Assembly (NCBI GenBank): GCA_951406725.2
Contig: OX597819.1
Span: forward strand, 125,984,001-126,048,000
Length of the DNA: 64,000 nucleotides
Direction of reading: 5' to 3'
Origin: Octopus vulgaris
Lineage: Eukaryota
In this document: in pieces, positions 1-12,412 of the stretch
Numbering within the stretch: the first letter of the stretch is position 1
How the letters are laid out: each line of letters starts with the position of its first letter
Position numbers and translations under genes: made by a program
Notes under the pieces: model-generated
The model's database searches: none
The model's input: the letters and a program-made list of their open reading frames with translations, nothing else
Told to the model about the DNA's origin: nothing

Positions 1-572
1 ATTTTTACGGTTCATAGAATCATAGTCAAGGTGGCTTCGTCATTCATACGTGCCATCCTTGCTACATTCACCCATCTTTTTTTAAAACATTCACTAGACA
101 AAGAAAGGAAACATGTGGTGGCGTGCGCTGTTGTTGTTAGTAAGGAGAGAGAAAAAAGAGGAGGAGGCTGTGTCAGTCGAGAAAAGATAACTTATTTCAA
201 GTAATTTATCTTCATAAAGTGTTAACATTGTCATGTGGTGGTGAGGGCAGTGGAGGCGGGTAGGTGTTAATGGTAGCCATAGTGATGACAGTGATGGTCA
301 TGGTAGTAGTGGAGGTAGAGGTGGCGGTGAAACGGAAAAAAATGATTAAATATGAAAGGTGTTGGTGAGGGAGGGGGCCGGAGAGAGAAAGAGAGGAGGA
401 AGAAAGGATAAAAAGATGGAGAGGGAGGCTGTATATAGAAATTCGAGTTTTCCTTTGGTTTGAAGATATATACTTTTTATTTGTTATCAGTCATTAAACT
501 GTGGCCATGCTGGGGCACCACCTTGATGAATTTCAGTCAAATGAATCGACTTCAGTACATATTTTTTAAGAC

Positions 573-970
573 TGGACACAACTAAAAGTACTGAAGACAG
601 ATACTTTCCTTTCCGGCCAAAACCTTATCGGAATTTTCAAGTTCCATTTGGAACAGAAAGTGAGAGGGAGAGGAAAGGGCAAACCTCTAGTAAATTTGCA
701 AACAGCTGGGTGAATGTAGAGAGAATGGTGCGAGTGAATGGATCAGATCTATGTTAAGTGCCTGTAGACTGAAAGTTAGCACTGGTGTTCATGAAATCTA
801 TAGGGTCCCAAGGTCATCCTGTATCAAAAGGATTGGATCATCAACTTATTAATATGAAATATTATGTATAGTTTTTTTTTTCAAATCATTCCATTCTCTC
901 TAAAATCCCACACTTTAAATTTGTCTTGCATCATCCTCTCCATCCGTCGCCCAGGTAGCAAATAAAAAAA
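573..970 (+). mobile_element. Decayed 3' end of an L1/Tx1-like LINE
   Basis: Translates WTQLKVLKTDTFLSGQNLIGIFKFHLEQKVR...WVNVERMVRVNG, resembling an L1/Tx1 ORF2 C-terminus, then a UTR ending in AATAAAAAAA. Confidence 0.45.
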
Positions 971-976
971 TAACGA

Positions 977-1046
977 TTATTGTTATTATTGCTGTTGTTG
1001 TTGATTATTGTTATTATTGTTGGTGGTGTCGTCGTCGTCGACGTCG

Positions 1047-1077
<31 letters not shown>

Positions 1078-1237
1078 TATCACCATCGTCTATCTTCTTC
1101 TTCTTCTTCTTCTTCTTCTTCTTCTTCTTCTTCTTCTTCTTCTTCTTCTTCTTCTTCTTCTTCTTCTTCTTCTTCTTCTTCTTCTTCTTCTTCTTCTTCT
1201 CATTATTATTATTATTATTATTATTATGATTATTACT
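977..1237. repeat. Compound trinucleotide microsatellite (TTA/TTG/TCG/TCA/TTC/TTA)
   Basis: Direct inspection; long (TTC)n at ~1094-1200. Confidence 0.95.
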
Positions 1238-1404
1238 TTTTTTTTCTTCTTTCAAATTTTCTTCCATTTCTTGCCGAGTGTCTTCCCGACTCCTAGGGCA
1301 AAGAAACTCATAGTGTATATTGGTAGGCCATTAAACTAAACTCAGTAGTTCGTTCATTTTTTTTTTTTTAAAGTTAAATTAAAATACATGAGCAGCAACA
1401 GTTC

Positions 1405-3834
1405 TCACATCGACAATGCTCTTCTCAATACGTGTGATGTACCAGTTAAGACAATCTTTTGCACTTCTTGCAGGGATGGTAAGCCAGGGATCATTCTCAT
1501 ATAATTTTCGGTTCCCTTCTTGATCATTCCTAGTGCTCCTACGATCACTGGTATTGTAACCGCCTTGAGATGCCACATTTTCTCAATTTCAATGAGTAGG
1601 TCTTTATATTTTCTGAGCTTGTCAAACTCTTTCGCTGAGATATTATGATCACAGGGGATGCTCATGTCGATCAATAAGCAAACTTTATTGTTTTGGTCTT
1701 TCACAACAATATCTGGTTTATTGGCCTTGATGGTTCGGTCTGTATGTACTGGAAAGTCCCACAGAATGGTTACATTTTCTCCTTCAGTTACAGCCTCAGG
1801 GTGGTGATTATACCACTTGTCGGCAGTTTTGATATTGTAATGCCGACTTATTAGCCAGTGGAGATATTGGCCAACTCTGTCATGTCTTAATTTATACTCC
1901 ACTGGTGCTAAGACTTTACATCCAGAGATTAGGTGGTCCACTGTTTCAATCATGTCGTTGCAGAATCGGCATTTTGGGTCTGCTCCATTTTTCATCACAT
2001 TGGCCTGGTAGTTCTGGGTTAATAGGCTTTGGTCTTGAGCAGCCAGGATGAAACCTTCGCTCTCTGCTTTTAGCCCTGAGCTCCGCAGCCACTGATGGGT
2101 TTGCTTCTGGTCAACATCAGCTTGTTTGCTGCGGGTCACATATTTGCCGTGCAGAGGTTTCTCCTCCCACCTATCAGCCAATTGCTCGTGCGCTTTTTTC
2201 ATTGCCATCATTTTCACCTTCTTTGCAACAATAGTTGCCGTACTTCCCTCGGGTTGTTCAGTTTGGGTATCCTGCACGAGATCAATAGCAAATTTTTTGC
2301 TTTCCTTGATGATAGAATGAAGCTTCTTTCGTCTCTCGTGATTTTCCACGAGCTTTAGCATCCAGTCATTCGATATTTCGAGATATTTGGCCAGTCCAAT
2401 TGTGGTTGTTTTGTAAGCTAGTTCAAATTGAATCAGGCCTCGACCTCCTTGGGCTCTGGGAAGGTAAAGGCGATCTACGTCTGCCTTTGGGTGGTGCATC
2501 CTATTACAACTCAGCAGCTTGCGTATTTTTCTATCTATATTCTTTACTTCACTCATATTCCAGTTCAACACATTGTAGCTATAAGTAACAACTGGAACTG
2601 CTAAGGAATTTATAGCTAACACCTTGTTACGTGCATTTAGTTCAGATTTCAGGACTGCACGAACTCTCCTATAACATTCCTTCCTGATTTTCTCTTTCAT
2701 GCTTGCATGCTGAATACCAGAGCCTTCATTTATCCCTAAATATTTGTATGTCTGTTCTTGCTCAAGCTCTCTTATGACTGTGTCAACATCTAACACGACT
2801 GAATTTGTGGTCTTCACTTTCCCTTTCTGGAAAGTGGCCTTGGCACACTTCTCAAGTCCAAACTCCATCCCGATGTCATCGCTGAATGCTTTCACGGTGC
2901 GCAATAGGCCTTCAAGTTCATTATTGTCTTTACCATAAAGTTTTAAGTCATCCATATAAAATAGATGGCTTATTTTTTTATTGGCAATTTTATACCCATA
3001 CCCTGTTCTGTTTAATTCACTTGTAAGGGGTATTAGGGCAATGCAGAATATTAAAGGTGAAAGTGAGTCACCTTGAAAAATTCCACAGTTGATGTTTATA
3101 TTTTCTGAGGCAAGTACTCCATTAGAGTGGTATAATTGGAGATTCGTATTCCACAACGACATATTGTGCTTCAGGAAGTTTGAAATCACAGGGGAAATTT
3201 TAAAGATGTCCAGCGATCTCAAGATCCATGGATGCGGTATACTGTCGAAGGCCTTTTTATAGTCAATCCATGCGGTGCTGAGATTTCTGCGCTTGTTGTG
3301 ACAGTTCTCAAGGATCATACGATTGATTAGCAGTTGATCTTTGCATCCGTAAGAGCCTCGGCGGCACCCTTTTTGTTCAATGGGGAAAATATCGTTCTTC
3401 TCCATGAATGCATATGTTTTCTCCGCCAGGATAGATGTTAGGATTTTATACGTGGTGGATAGACAGGTTATAGGCCGATAGTTTTTTGGAAGGTTGGTTT
3501 CGTTATTCTTTGGGAGTAGGTAAGTAATGCCACTTGCTAACCATTCAGGTGTTTTCTTTGGGTCTCTCAAAATTCCATTGAGCAGCTGAACTAGCTTACC
3601 GTGTGCGCACGGGAGCGATGCGAGCCAGAAATTCGGCACCCTATCTTTACCGGGGGATTTCCAATTATGGGCCTTCGTGAGTGTCTTTCTTAGGTCTGCT
3701 ATTGTGATGTCTTCCCATGCTTGTTGTTGTAAATTTTGGTAGGATCCTTCAGTTTGTATAATCCAGTCTGCATTTATGTTGTACGTCTTCTTGTCACTCC
3801 AAATCCTTTCCCAAAAGTTTTGAACTTCTTCCAT
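1405..3834 (-). CDS. Dong/R4 ORF, C-terminal part: reverse transcriptase + CCHC zinc knuckle + PD-(D/E)xK restriction-like endonuclease
   Basis: 809 aa with KSPGKD, NYRPITCL, WIDYKKAFDSIPH, GIFQGDSLSP, HLFYMDDLKLY, YKYLG (RT); CRFCNDMIETVDHLISGC (CCHC); RHD; KPDIVV...IDMSIP...K (RLE); ends LQEVQKIVLTGTSHVLRRALSM*. Confidence 0.95.
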   Translation of the reverse strand: MEEVQNFWERIWSDKKTYNINADWIIQTEGSYQNLQQQAWEDITIADLRKTLTKAHNWKSPGKDRVPNFWLASLPCAHGKLVQLLNGILRDPKKTPEWLASGITYLLPKNNETNLPKNYRPITCLSTTYKILTSILAEKTYAFMEKNDIFPIEQKGCRRGSYGCKDQLLINRMILENCHNKRRNLSTAWIDYKKAFDSIPHPWILRSLDIFKISPVISNFLKHNMSLWNTNLQLYHSNGVLASENININCGIFQGDSLSPLIFCIALIPLTSELNRTGYGYKIANKKISHLFYMDDLKLYGKDNNELEGLLRTVKAFSDDIGMEFGLEKCAKATFQKGKVKTTNSVVLDVDTVIRELEQEQTYKYLGINEGSGIQHASMKEKIRKECYRRVRAVLKSELNARNKVLAINSLAVPVVTYSYNVLNWNMSEVKNIDRKIRKLLSCNRMHHPKADVDRLYLPRAQGGRGLIQFELAYKTTTIGLAKYLEISNDWMLKLVENHERRKKLHSIIKESKKFAIDLVQDTQTEQPEGSTATIVAKKVKMMAMKKAHEQLADRWEEKPLHGKYVTRSKQADVDQKQTHQWLRSSGLKAESEGFILAAQDQSLLTQNYQANVMKNGADPKCRFCNDMIETVDHLISGCKVLAPVEYKLRHDRVGQYLHWLISRHYNIKTADKWYNHHPEAVTEGENVTILWDFPVHTDRTIKANKPDIVVKDQNNKVCLLIDMSIPCDHNISAKEFDKLRKYKDLLIEIEKMWHLKAVTIPVIVGALGMIKKGTENYMRMIPGLPSLQEVQKIVLTGTSHVLRRALSM

Positions 3835-5039
3835 GGGAGGGGGTCTTTAACGGTTACTTTCTCCTTCCCTATTTCTCTGTAGAATTTTTTGGCATTGGAT
3901 GTGAACAGCTTATTTTGCTTGTAAAACTTGTTTCTCTTCTCAAATCTTCGTATTCTTTGGGCTTTTGCTTGGACTTTTTGTTTCAGCGTTTCTTTTATTG
4001 ATATCAGTTCTTCTCTTGGTGAGGATCCAAATTTTCTCTTCATCTTTCTTCCTGTTCTGGATCTTACATCATTTCCACATATTAGTTCATTTAATATTGA
4101 TATTTCCCCTCTCATAAATTCAATCTCTTTTTCAATTTTACTTCTCCAGGTTTGATTTCTTCCCAGGTTTTGTTTTCTTTGTTTTTTCGGGGGCATACAG
4201 CTGGTTTCAATTGCCCTAGCAGAAGCGTAAATAATTTCATTTAACTCAGTAAAATCAGGTTTTAATTCTCGTATTATTTCATTTGTTACATAGTTGCCAA
4301 TTTGGATTTGTTTTTTATTTTGGTTTGTATTTGAGAGTTTATGAAGCGGTTCTCTATCATTCATACTTGTATGTCTTACAACTTCAAGCGTATTCAGGAT
4401 TTTCTGCCTCATTTCTGCCATAGACTCTCTGTGTTCTTCAGCAAATGCGAGATCTTCAGTTACTGTTGTTTTTTCGTTTTCCTGGCTATCTTTAACAGGT
4501 ACAATAGAATTTCTTGTATCTTCAGGCCTTTGCGTACTTTGGTCAGATGGCAGTCTTTCAATTAAGCCTCGTGGCGGGCTATACTGTTCATCTGATTCTT
4601 CATTTCCTTTGTGTCTTATATTTATGTCATTTTCCGTTGCGTGCTTGATCGCACTTATTTCACTGTCTGTGAGTCTGTTATTTCTAAAGATATCCCTCCT
4701 CACATTTGCTAATTTGTTCTCGTCCAAATAGGGCCTACTGTCTTGATTCCGTGTTCTCCATATACTGTAAGAGTTTGCGGTGTGTCTCTCTTGAGATGGC
4801 CTACCTAATGCATAGTAATAAGCGTATATTACTTCTTTATACTCTTCTCGGGTCCATTTGTTCCGCTTACATTTTTCTTTCTGTGGTGGTTGTGGTGGTG
4901 AACTTGGAGGGCTCGAGTTGGGGGATTTCCCGTTCAAGTGACCATCCATGTCCGTATTCGGAGAAGAGTTTGTGCCAGTTGATGACTTTTCGATCCCAGG
5001 CTGGCTCTTCCCTGGGGGACGCGCTTCCAGATTAACCAT
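3835..5039 (-). CDS. Dong/R4 ORF, N-terminal part; joined to the RT part across a 1-nt frameshift near 3835-3845
   Basis: ORF 3774..5093 in the track, likely start MVNLEARPPG at 5039. Contains KWTREE...YYA...W and LKQKVQAKAQRIRRF...QNKLF..NAKKFY, typical of the R4/Dong region before the RT. One extra C in GACCCCCTCCCATG gives ...VKDPPPMEEVQNFW and a single ~1210-aa ORF. Confidence 0.88.
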
Positions 5040-5180
5040 AGGACAAGCGATTTGGTATACTGATTTAGTTTTCCTTTTAGTTTCCAAAAACATTTTGGTG
5101 CTACGATAATGTTATCATTTTTTAGCTTTGATTGGCTCGTGGGGAGACGGCCATCATTGCCGTTACAATTATAATCGTAC

Positions 5181-5522
<342 letters not shown>

Positions 5523-5529
5523 CGAGACG

Positions 5530-5625
<96 letters not shown>

Positions 5626-5626
<1 letters not shown>

Positions 5627-5829
5627 TATGTTTGACTTTTGTTTTATGTCTGCAGAAGTTGGCTCCAAGTCTCACCCAGAGACCTCAAGAGAAACAGGTT
5701 GGAAGTTTACGTTGTTGTTATGCCTAGTGTGCCATATATTTGGTTTTTTTTTGGTGTTGTACTAGTGAATGTCTAATACATAAATTAAAAAAAAAAGTTT
5801 GTTTTAAACATTGGGATTACATAGAGAGT
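5626..5829 (-). mobile_element. Extremely 5'-truncated Dong-like element (last codons ILSM* + 3' UTR), copy 1
   Basis: Minus strand reads ATA CTC TCT ATG TAA (cf. ALSM* of the full element) followed by a ~190-nt UTR; (TTA)n on both sides. Confidence 0.7.
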
Positions 5830-5835
5830 ATTATA

Positions 5836-5913
<78 letters not shown>

Positions 5914-5914
<1 letters not shown>

Positions 5915-6123
5915 TATGTTTGACTTTTGCTTTATGTCTGGAGAAGTTGGCTCCAAGTCTCACCCAGAGACCTCAAGAGACAACAGGTTGGAAGTTCACG
6001 TTGTTGTTATGCCTAGTGTGCCATATATTTGGTTTCTTTTTTTTTGGTGTTGTACTAGTAAATGTCTAATACATAAATTAAAACAAAAAAAAAGTTTGTT
6101 TTAAACCTTGGGATTACATAGAG

Positions 6124-6126
<3 letters not shown>
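5914..6126 (-). mobile_element. Extremely 5'-truncated Dong-like element, copy 2
   Basis: Near-identical to 5626-5829 (about 6 substitutions plus homopolymer length differences), same truncation point, flanked by (TTA)n. Confidence 0.7.
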
Positions 6127-6168
<42 letters not shown>

Positions 6169-6411
6169 AATGGCATACTGAATAAACGGATATAGTGAGT
6201 TTCCGCTACAAAGAGTTCTCTAATAGAGATTCAGAGACAACAGTTAGGGTAAAAGAATACCTGTTGCAAAATATATAAACAAAAATATACAAGAAAAGAA
6301 GTCTTGTATTTATCTAAGGAGTTAAGATCTGTAAATAGAGAAAGCGGAACCAAAATATTAAATAAATAATAAAGTCGAAATAAGTTAAAATGTACTCACA
6401 AATTTACACAT

Positions 6412-6678
6412 ATGTATGTAAGTGTGAATGTATGTATGCATGCATGTATGTATGTATGTATGTATGTATGTATGTATGTATGTATGTATGTATGTATGTA
6501 TGTATGTATGTATGTATGTATGTATGTATGTATGTATGTATGTATGTATATATGTATGTATGTATGTATGTATGCATGCATGCATGTATGTATGTATGTA
6601 TGTATGTATGTATGAATATATGTATGTATGTATGTATGTATGTATATATGTATGTATGTATGCATGCATGCATCTATG

Positions 6679-6711
<33 letters not shown>

Positions 6712-6750
6712 GTGCATGTATGTATGTATATATGTATGTATGTATGTATG

Positions 6751-6784
<34 letters not shown>

Positions 6785-6870
6785 TGTATGTATGTATGTA
6801 TGTATATGTATGTATGTATGTATGTATGTATATATGTATGCATGTATGTATGTATGTATGTATGCATACA
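6412..6870. repeat. (ATGT)n microsatellite
   Basis: Direct inspection; source of the MYVC/HTYI pseudo-ORFs. Confidence 0.95.
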
Positions 6871-6959
6871 CACACATACGTACACACATTCATGCATACA
6901 TAACATGTTCTTTAAAGTACAGCTATCAAATAAAATAGCTGTAGTATTGTTGTGTAATA

Positions 6960-7016
<57 letters not shown>

Positions 7017-7239
7017 TATACCAACAAGCGCAGTGATACTGTGATAGATAGAATAAACAAAACCGAAAGGAAATTCTTCATTTCTGATACGGGGGAGGGG
7101 AGCCCCAAACAGCGGGATACTCACAAACCATTTCAGGAATCTTTGAGTCTTGAATTCCTGAAAGAAACCAAACTAACAATCGCCAAATTATTTCCTTATC
7201 TATCGATAATATATACATATACATACATACATATATATA

Positions 7240-7308
<69 letters not shown>

Positions 7309-7325
7309 GTGTGTGTGTGTGTATG

Positions 7326-7372
<47 letters not shown>

Positions 7373-7404
7373 ATGTATATACATACATACATACACACAC
7401 ACAC

Positions 7405-7460
<56 letters not shown>

Positions 7461-7857
7461 ATCTATCTTTCTATCTATCTCTGTCTCTGTCTCTGTCTGT
7501 CTGTCTGTCTCTCTCTCTCTATATATATACATATATAAAGATTGATAGATAGATATATCAGTATGTGTGTGTGCGTGCGTGTATGCGTGTGCATGTTCGT
7601 GCGTGTATGTATAAGTGTATGTAGCCATTTTACTCGCCGTTGCATCACACGTATCGTATGTAATGTGGGGAAACAAGTGTTATTGTGTTGAAACGGATAT
7701 TTGCTTTACTGCAGTAGTAGTCGTGCTGGTAGTAATTAGAGTGGTTCTGTTTGTGGTTGTGATGATGGTGCAAATGAGTAACGGCTGTCGATGTGACAGT
7801 TGAATGGGGAGTGTTCGTTCTGATGTAACTGCGCTCGTTATAAAACTTTGTAATACT

Positions 7858-8454
7858 TATTTCTTTACTACCCGCAAGGGGCTAAACGCAGAGAAGACAA
7901 ACAAGGACAGACAAACGGATTAAGTCGATTATATCGAACCCAGTGCGTAACTGGTACTTAATTTATCGACCCCGAAAGGATGAAAGGCAAAGTTGACCTC
8001 GACAGAATTTGAACTCAGAATGTAACGGCAGACGAAATACCCATTTCTTTACTACCTACAAGGGGCTAAACACAGAGGACAAACAGGGACAGACAAACAG
8101 CTTAAGTCGCTTACATCGACCCCAGTGCATAACAGGTACTTAATTTATCTACCTCGAAAGGATGAAAGGCAAAGTCGACCTCGGCGGAATTTGAACTCAG
8201 AACGTAACGGCAGACGAAATACCTATTTCTTTACTACCCATAAGGGGCTAAACGCAGAGGGGACAAACAAGGACAGGCAAACGGATTAAGTCAATTATAT
8301 CGACACCAGTGCGTAACTGGTACTTAATTTACCGATCCCGAAAGGATTAAAGGCAAAGTCAACCTCAGCGGAAATTGAACTCAGAACGTAACGGCAGCTG
8401 AAATACTGCAAAGCATTTCGCCCGGCGTGCTAACGTTTCTGCCAACTTGCCGCC
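7858..8454 (-). mobile_element. SINE family A with internal ~183-bp unit in three tandem copies
   Basis: One head (GGCGGCAAGTTGGCAGAAACG at 8454) followed by three body+tail units; unit boundaries near 8040 and 8222. Confidence 0.9.
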
Positions 8455-8456
8455 AT

Positions 8457-8560
8457 ATATATGGAACGCTTCACGAATTTGCGTGTCATCCTTGCGCAGG
8501 GGCGATGCTAGTCTTCTCTGTATCGTTCCAATTTTAGAATATCTATTGTCGAATCCATAC
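8457..8560 (-). pseudogene. U6: U6 snRNA retro-pseudogene
   Basis: Minus strand ...CTAAAATTGGAACGATACAGAGAAGACTAGCATCGCCCCTGCGCAAGGATGACACGCAAATTCGTGAAGCGTTCCATAT matches metazoan U6. ACAGAGA box intact, 5' stem-loop degraded, no oligo-T terminator. Confidence 0.93.
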
Positions 8561-8665
8561 TAAACTTTGTAATACTATTACTTTGAAAACATCGACACTA
8601 ACAATTCATTCCTTAAAACTCTCATTCCAACTCGAAGAGAAGGGCAGAGGTCATGAGCTTTTGTA

Positions 8666-9070
8666 TACTCTTTTACTTGTTTCAGTCATTTGACTGCGGC
8701 CATACTGGAGCACCGCCTTCAGTCGAGCAAATCGACCCCAGAACTTATTCTTTGTAAACCTAGCACTTATTCTATCGGTCTCTTTTGCCGAACCGCTAAG
8801 TTACGGGGACGTAAGCACACCAGCATCTGCTGTCAAGCAATGTTGGGGTGACAAACACAGACACACAAACACACACACACACACATATATATATACATAT
8901 ATACGACGGACTTCTTTCTAGTTTCCGTCTACCATATCCACTCACAAGGCTTTGGTCGGCCCGAGGCTATAGTAGAAGACACTTGCCCAAGGTGTCACGC
9001 AGTGGGACTGAATCCGGAACCATGTGGTTGATAAGCAAGCTACTTACCCCACATCCACTCCTGCGCCTAT
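8666..9070 (-). mobile_element. tRNA-derived SINE family B (CORE-like ACCTTGGGCAAGT, internal TA/CA microsatellite, (GTAAAAGA) tail)
   Basis: Matches ~10 other copies in the window; A/B-box-like head. Confidence 0.88.
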
Positions 9071-9732
9071 ATATTTATTTTCAGTTAAGGGGGATGCAAA
9101 TGGTTATCTTCAAGCCAGAGGTCTCGCCTAAAGAAATTCTCGCAACGTAATGAACTCCACAACAGGTACCCAAAGATCAGGTGATGGTACTACGTCCCCA
9201 CAAAAATACGTAGCTCGTTTCGGTTGACTACACATATCCCAGGATTATTTCCACAGTGAAAGATCGTCCCACGTCCAAGTATAATCGAACATGATAAATA
9301 TAATTCTGCGTGATTATGTTTTATTCAACGCCGGTTCATGTAACGAGTTATTCAATTCCAGCCTGGCCAAACTGTAGGCACATAAGTTACTCTACTATTT
9401 ACGTTTCGTGAAAGACGATTTTGGCGTTTATAGCTAACGAATCGCAATGACGTAGAAACGCATGTGTCGTTCGATCCATTCAGGAGCGAGCCTATATGAA
9501 CGCAAACATTTGACCATTATAATGTGTGATTGTTCAGTAAGAATATGCTGCAGGAGCCTCATCCGTCGTCTAAGTACGAGAGAGCCCATGGTATATATAT
9601 ATATATATCAGCCGAAATTGCGAAGATGATCCGGTTCTTTACTGAAGATTGAAGGCTTCGAATGTCCCGTCCGTGATTTTTGTATCGTCTTCTAAATGTT
9701 TTACGTTCTTGTCCCAGTTTGTATTTTTCTAC

Positions 9733-9777
<45 letters not shown>

Positions 9778-9784
9778 TACATAC

Positions 9785-9883
<99 letters not shown>

Positions 9884-9904
9884 GATGGTTACATAAGCAT
9901 ATAT

Positions 9905-10134
9905 ATTTCTTTACTACCCACAAGGGGCTAAACACAGAGAGGACGAACAACGACAGACAAACGGATTAAGTCGACTATATCGACCCCATTGCGTAACTGG
10001 TACTTAATTTATCGACCCCGAAAGGATGAAAGGCAAAGTCGACCTCGGCGGAATTTGAACTCAGAACGTAACGGTAGACGAAATACGGCTACGCATTTCG
10101 CCCGGCGTGCTAACGTTTCTGCCAGCTCGCCGCC
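9905..10134 (-). mobile_element. SINE family A, full length, with TSD
   Basis: Flanked by TGGTTACATAA(G/A)CATATA at ~9886 and ~10137. Confidence 0.9.
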
Positions 10135-10213
10135 TTTGGTTACATAAACATATACTTTAAATGAAAATCGGATAGAAAATAAAAATAGGCTTAAAAAAAA
10201 GAATTAAATGAAA

Positions 10214-10604
10214 GAGTGGCTGTGTGGTAAGTAGCTTGCTAACCAACCACATGGTTCCGGGTTCAGTCCCACTGCGTGGCATCTTGGGCAAGTGTCTTCT
10301 GCTATAGCCCCGGACCGACCAATGCCTTGTGAGTGGATTTGGTAGACGGAAACTGAAAGAAGCCTGTCGTATATATGTATATATGTGTATGTGTGTGTTT
10401 GTCCCCCTAGCATTGCTTGACAACCGATGCTGGTGTGTTTACGTCCCCGTCACTTAGCGGTTCGGCAAAAGAGACCGATAGAATAAGTACTGGGCTTACA
10501 AAGAATAAGTCCCGGGTCGATTTGCTCGACTAAAGGCGGTGCTTCAGCATGGCCGCAGTCAAATGACTGAAACAAGTAAAAGAGTAAAAAAAAAGAGTAA
10601 AGAG
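10214..10604 (+). mobile_element. SINE family B
   Basis: GAGTGGCTGTGTGGTAAG...GGTTCAGTCCC...CAAGTAAAAGAGTAAAA. Confidence 0.9.
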
Positions 10605-10956
10605 TGTTAACATTTTTTTACATGCTATCATACCATTTCCTTCTATCATTCTCTTATTTTTGTTTTTTATTCTTCAGCTGTAGTCCCATTTTACAGAACA
10701 GTGTTCAGTTTGTTTTGTTTTGTACAATTATACAGTAATTTAGACCGTGCAACTTGTATTTGCTGTCAAATTCTTTTTTTACTTTCATTTTTCTTATTTT
10801 TTTTTTATATCTGCCTTATCTGGGTGGAGTAACGCATTTAGTTGGATGTTGGCCCGGGTATGTATGTATGTATGTATGTATGTATGTATGTATGTATGTA
10901 TGTATGTATGTATTTTGTATGTATTGTATTGTATGTGTGTATGTATGTATTGTATG

Positions 10957-10990
<34 letters not shown>

Positions 10991-11243
10991 TGTATGTATG
11001 TATGTATGTATGTATGTATTGTATTGTATGTATGTATGTGTGTGTGTATATATGTATGTATGTATGTACTATGAGAATATACGTGCATATTTCTGCACAC
11101 GTGTATGTTTGCAATTTTGTTTCCTTGTTTTCTTAACCTTAACGCGGGAAAAATAACTGAGGAAAGGATATACACAAGGATATTTATACATATATATACA
11201 TATACATACGTACTTATATACGTATATGCAAATATACATGTAC

Positions 11244-11290
<47 letters not shown>

Positions 11291-11396
11291 TAGATACATA
11301 GATAGATAGATTGATACACACACATATACGTACATATATATAGAGAGATGAAAATACATATACATATGCGTAGTTATCTATCAGCCTGTCAGCCTG

Positions 11397-11453
<57 letters not shown>

Positions 11454-11995
11454 ATATGTATATATATATATATAAATATACACACACACATATATATGCA
11501 TACATATATGTATATATATGTGTGTATATACACACACACCTACATATATATATATATATCCATACATATATATAATACGTATATATATATATGTGTATAT
11601 ATACGTGTATGTGTGTATGTGTCGGGGAATATATAAACGCTTCTGCGCGCGCGCGCGCGTGTGCCTGTGTGTGTGTGTATGTATAACAGTTCTGAATATT
11701 ATAAGCTACAATTATGACAGAAAAAGCGGGGGTGGTTGTTCTTCTTTTGTTGTTGTTGTTGCTGCAGCTCTTCCTAGCGTTTTCATTGTTGTTTGTATTT
11801 CCACTCCATGTATTCATCGTCATGAGCGGGACTGTTTGACGATACAGTACAGCTTATTATCTGCCTTTGAGCCTTGAGCTGGTTTAAGAAGGATTACAAC
11901 TAATTCACACCCACCCCTCCACACACACACACACATATTAAAATGAGGTAGTTTCGGTAAAGCATTTTGAAGTATAACTTTAAAAAATGCAGTTA

Positions 11996-12274
11996 TGTAA
12001 AGCCGGAACGATGCGAGAAGGTTAAAAATAAACTACAAAAGGGAAAGAATGCAGAACATAGTTGCAGCTTATACCTTGTATTTTTATATTTCGGGGAGAA
12101 GATCCCTTCTTCAGGACATTCGGAAAAGCATTTGTTGAAAAGGTTTCCGAAAGTCCTGAAGAAGGAGTCGTAATCTCGAAATATAGAAATACAAGGGGTA
12201 AAACTGCAACTTTGTTCTGTCTTCGTTTCCTCTTGTAGCTTACTTTGTAACTTCTCGCATTTTCCGGCCTTACA
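11996..12274. mobile_element. Imperfect palindromic element, probably inverted PLE pseudo-LTR pair
   Basis: Arms ~11996-12128 and ~12144-12274 are diverged reverse complements; each carries CTGAAGA...GAAA hammerhead-like remnants (CTGAAGA at 12156-12162). Confidence 0.6.
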
Positions 12275-12328
12275 CAGTGATACTGAGAACAATGACACAC
12301 ACACACACACACACACACTACACACACA

Positions 12329-12368
<40 letters not shown>

Positions 12369-12380
12369 CACACACACACC

Positions 12381-12412
<32 letters not shown>

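Noticed and set aside
6385-7676. Many long ORFs of type MYVC/HTYI/IYIY (also at 10.7, 27.7, 30, 49.5 and 58.2 kb)
   Set aside because: They are translations of stop-free (ATGT)n, (AT)n and (AC)n microsatellites.
8457-8560. Functional U6 gene
   Set aside because: The 5' stem-loop is degraded, the internal stem-loop has substitutions, there is no T-run terminator, and a TSD abuts the 5' end in place of a promoter.
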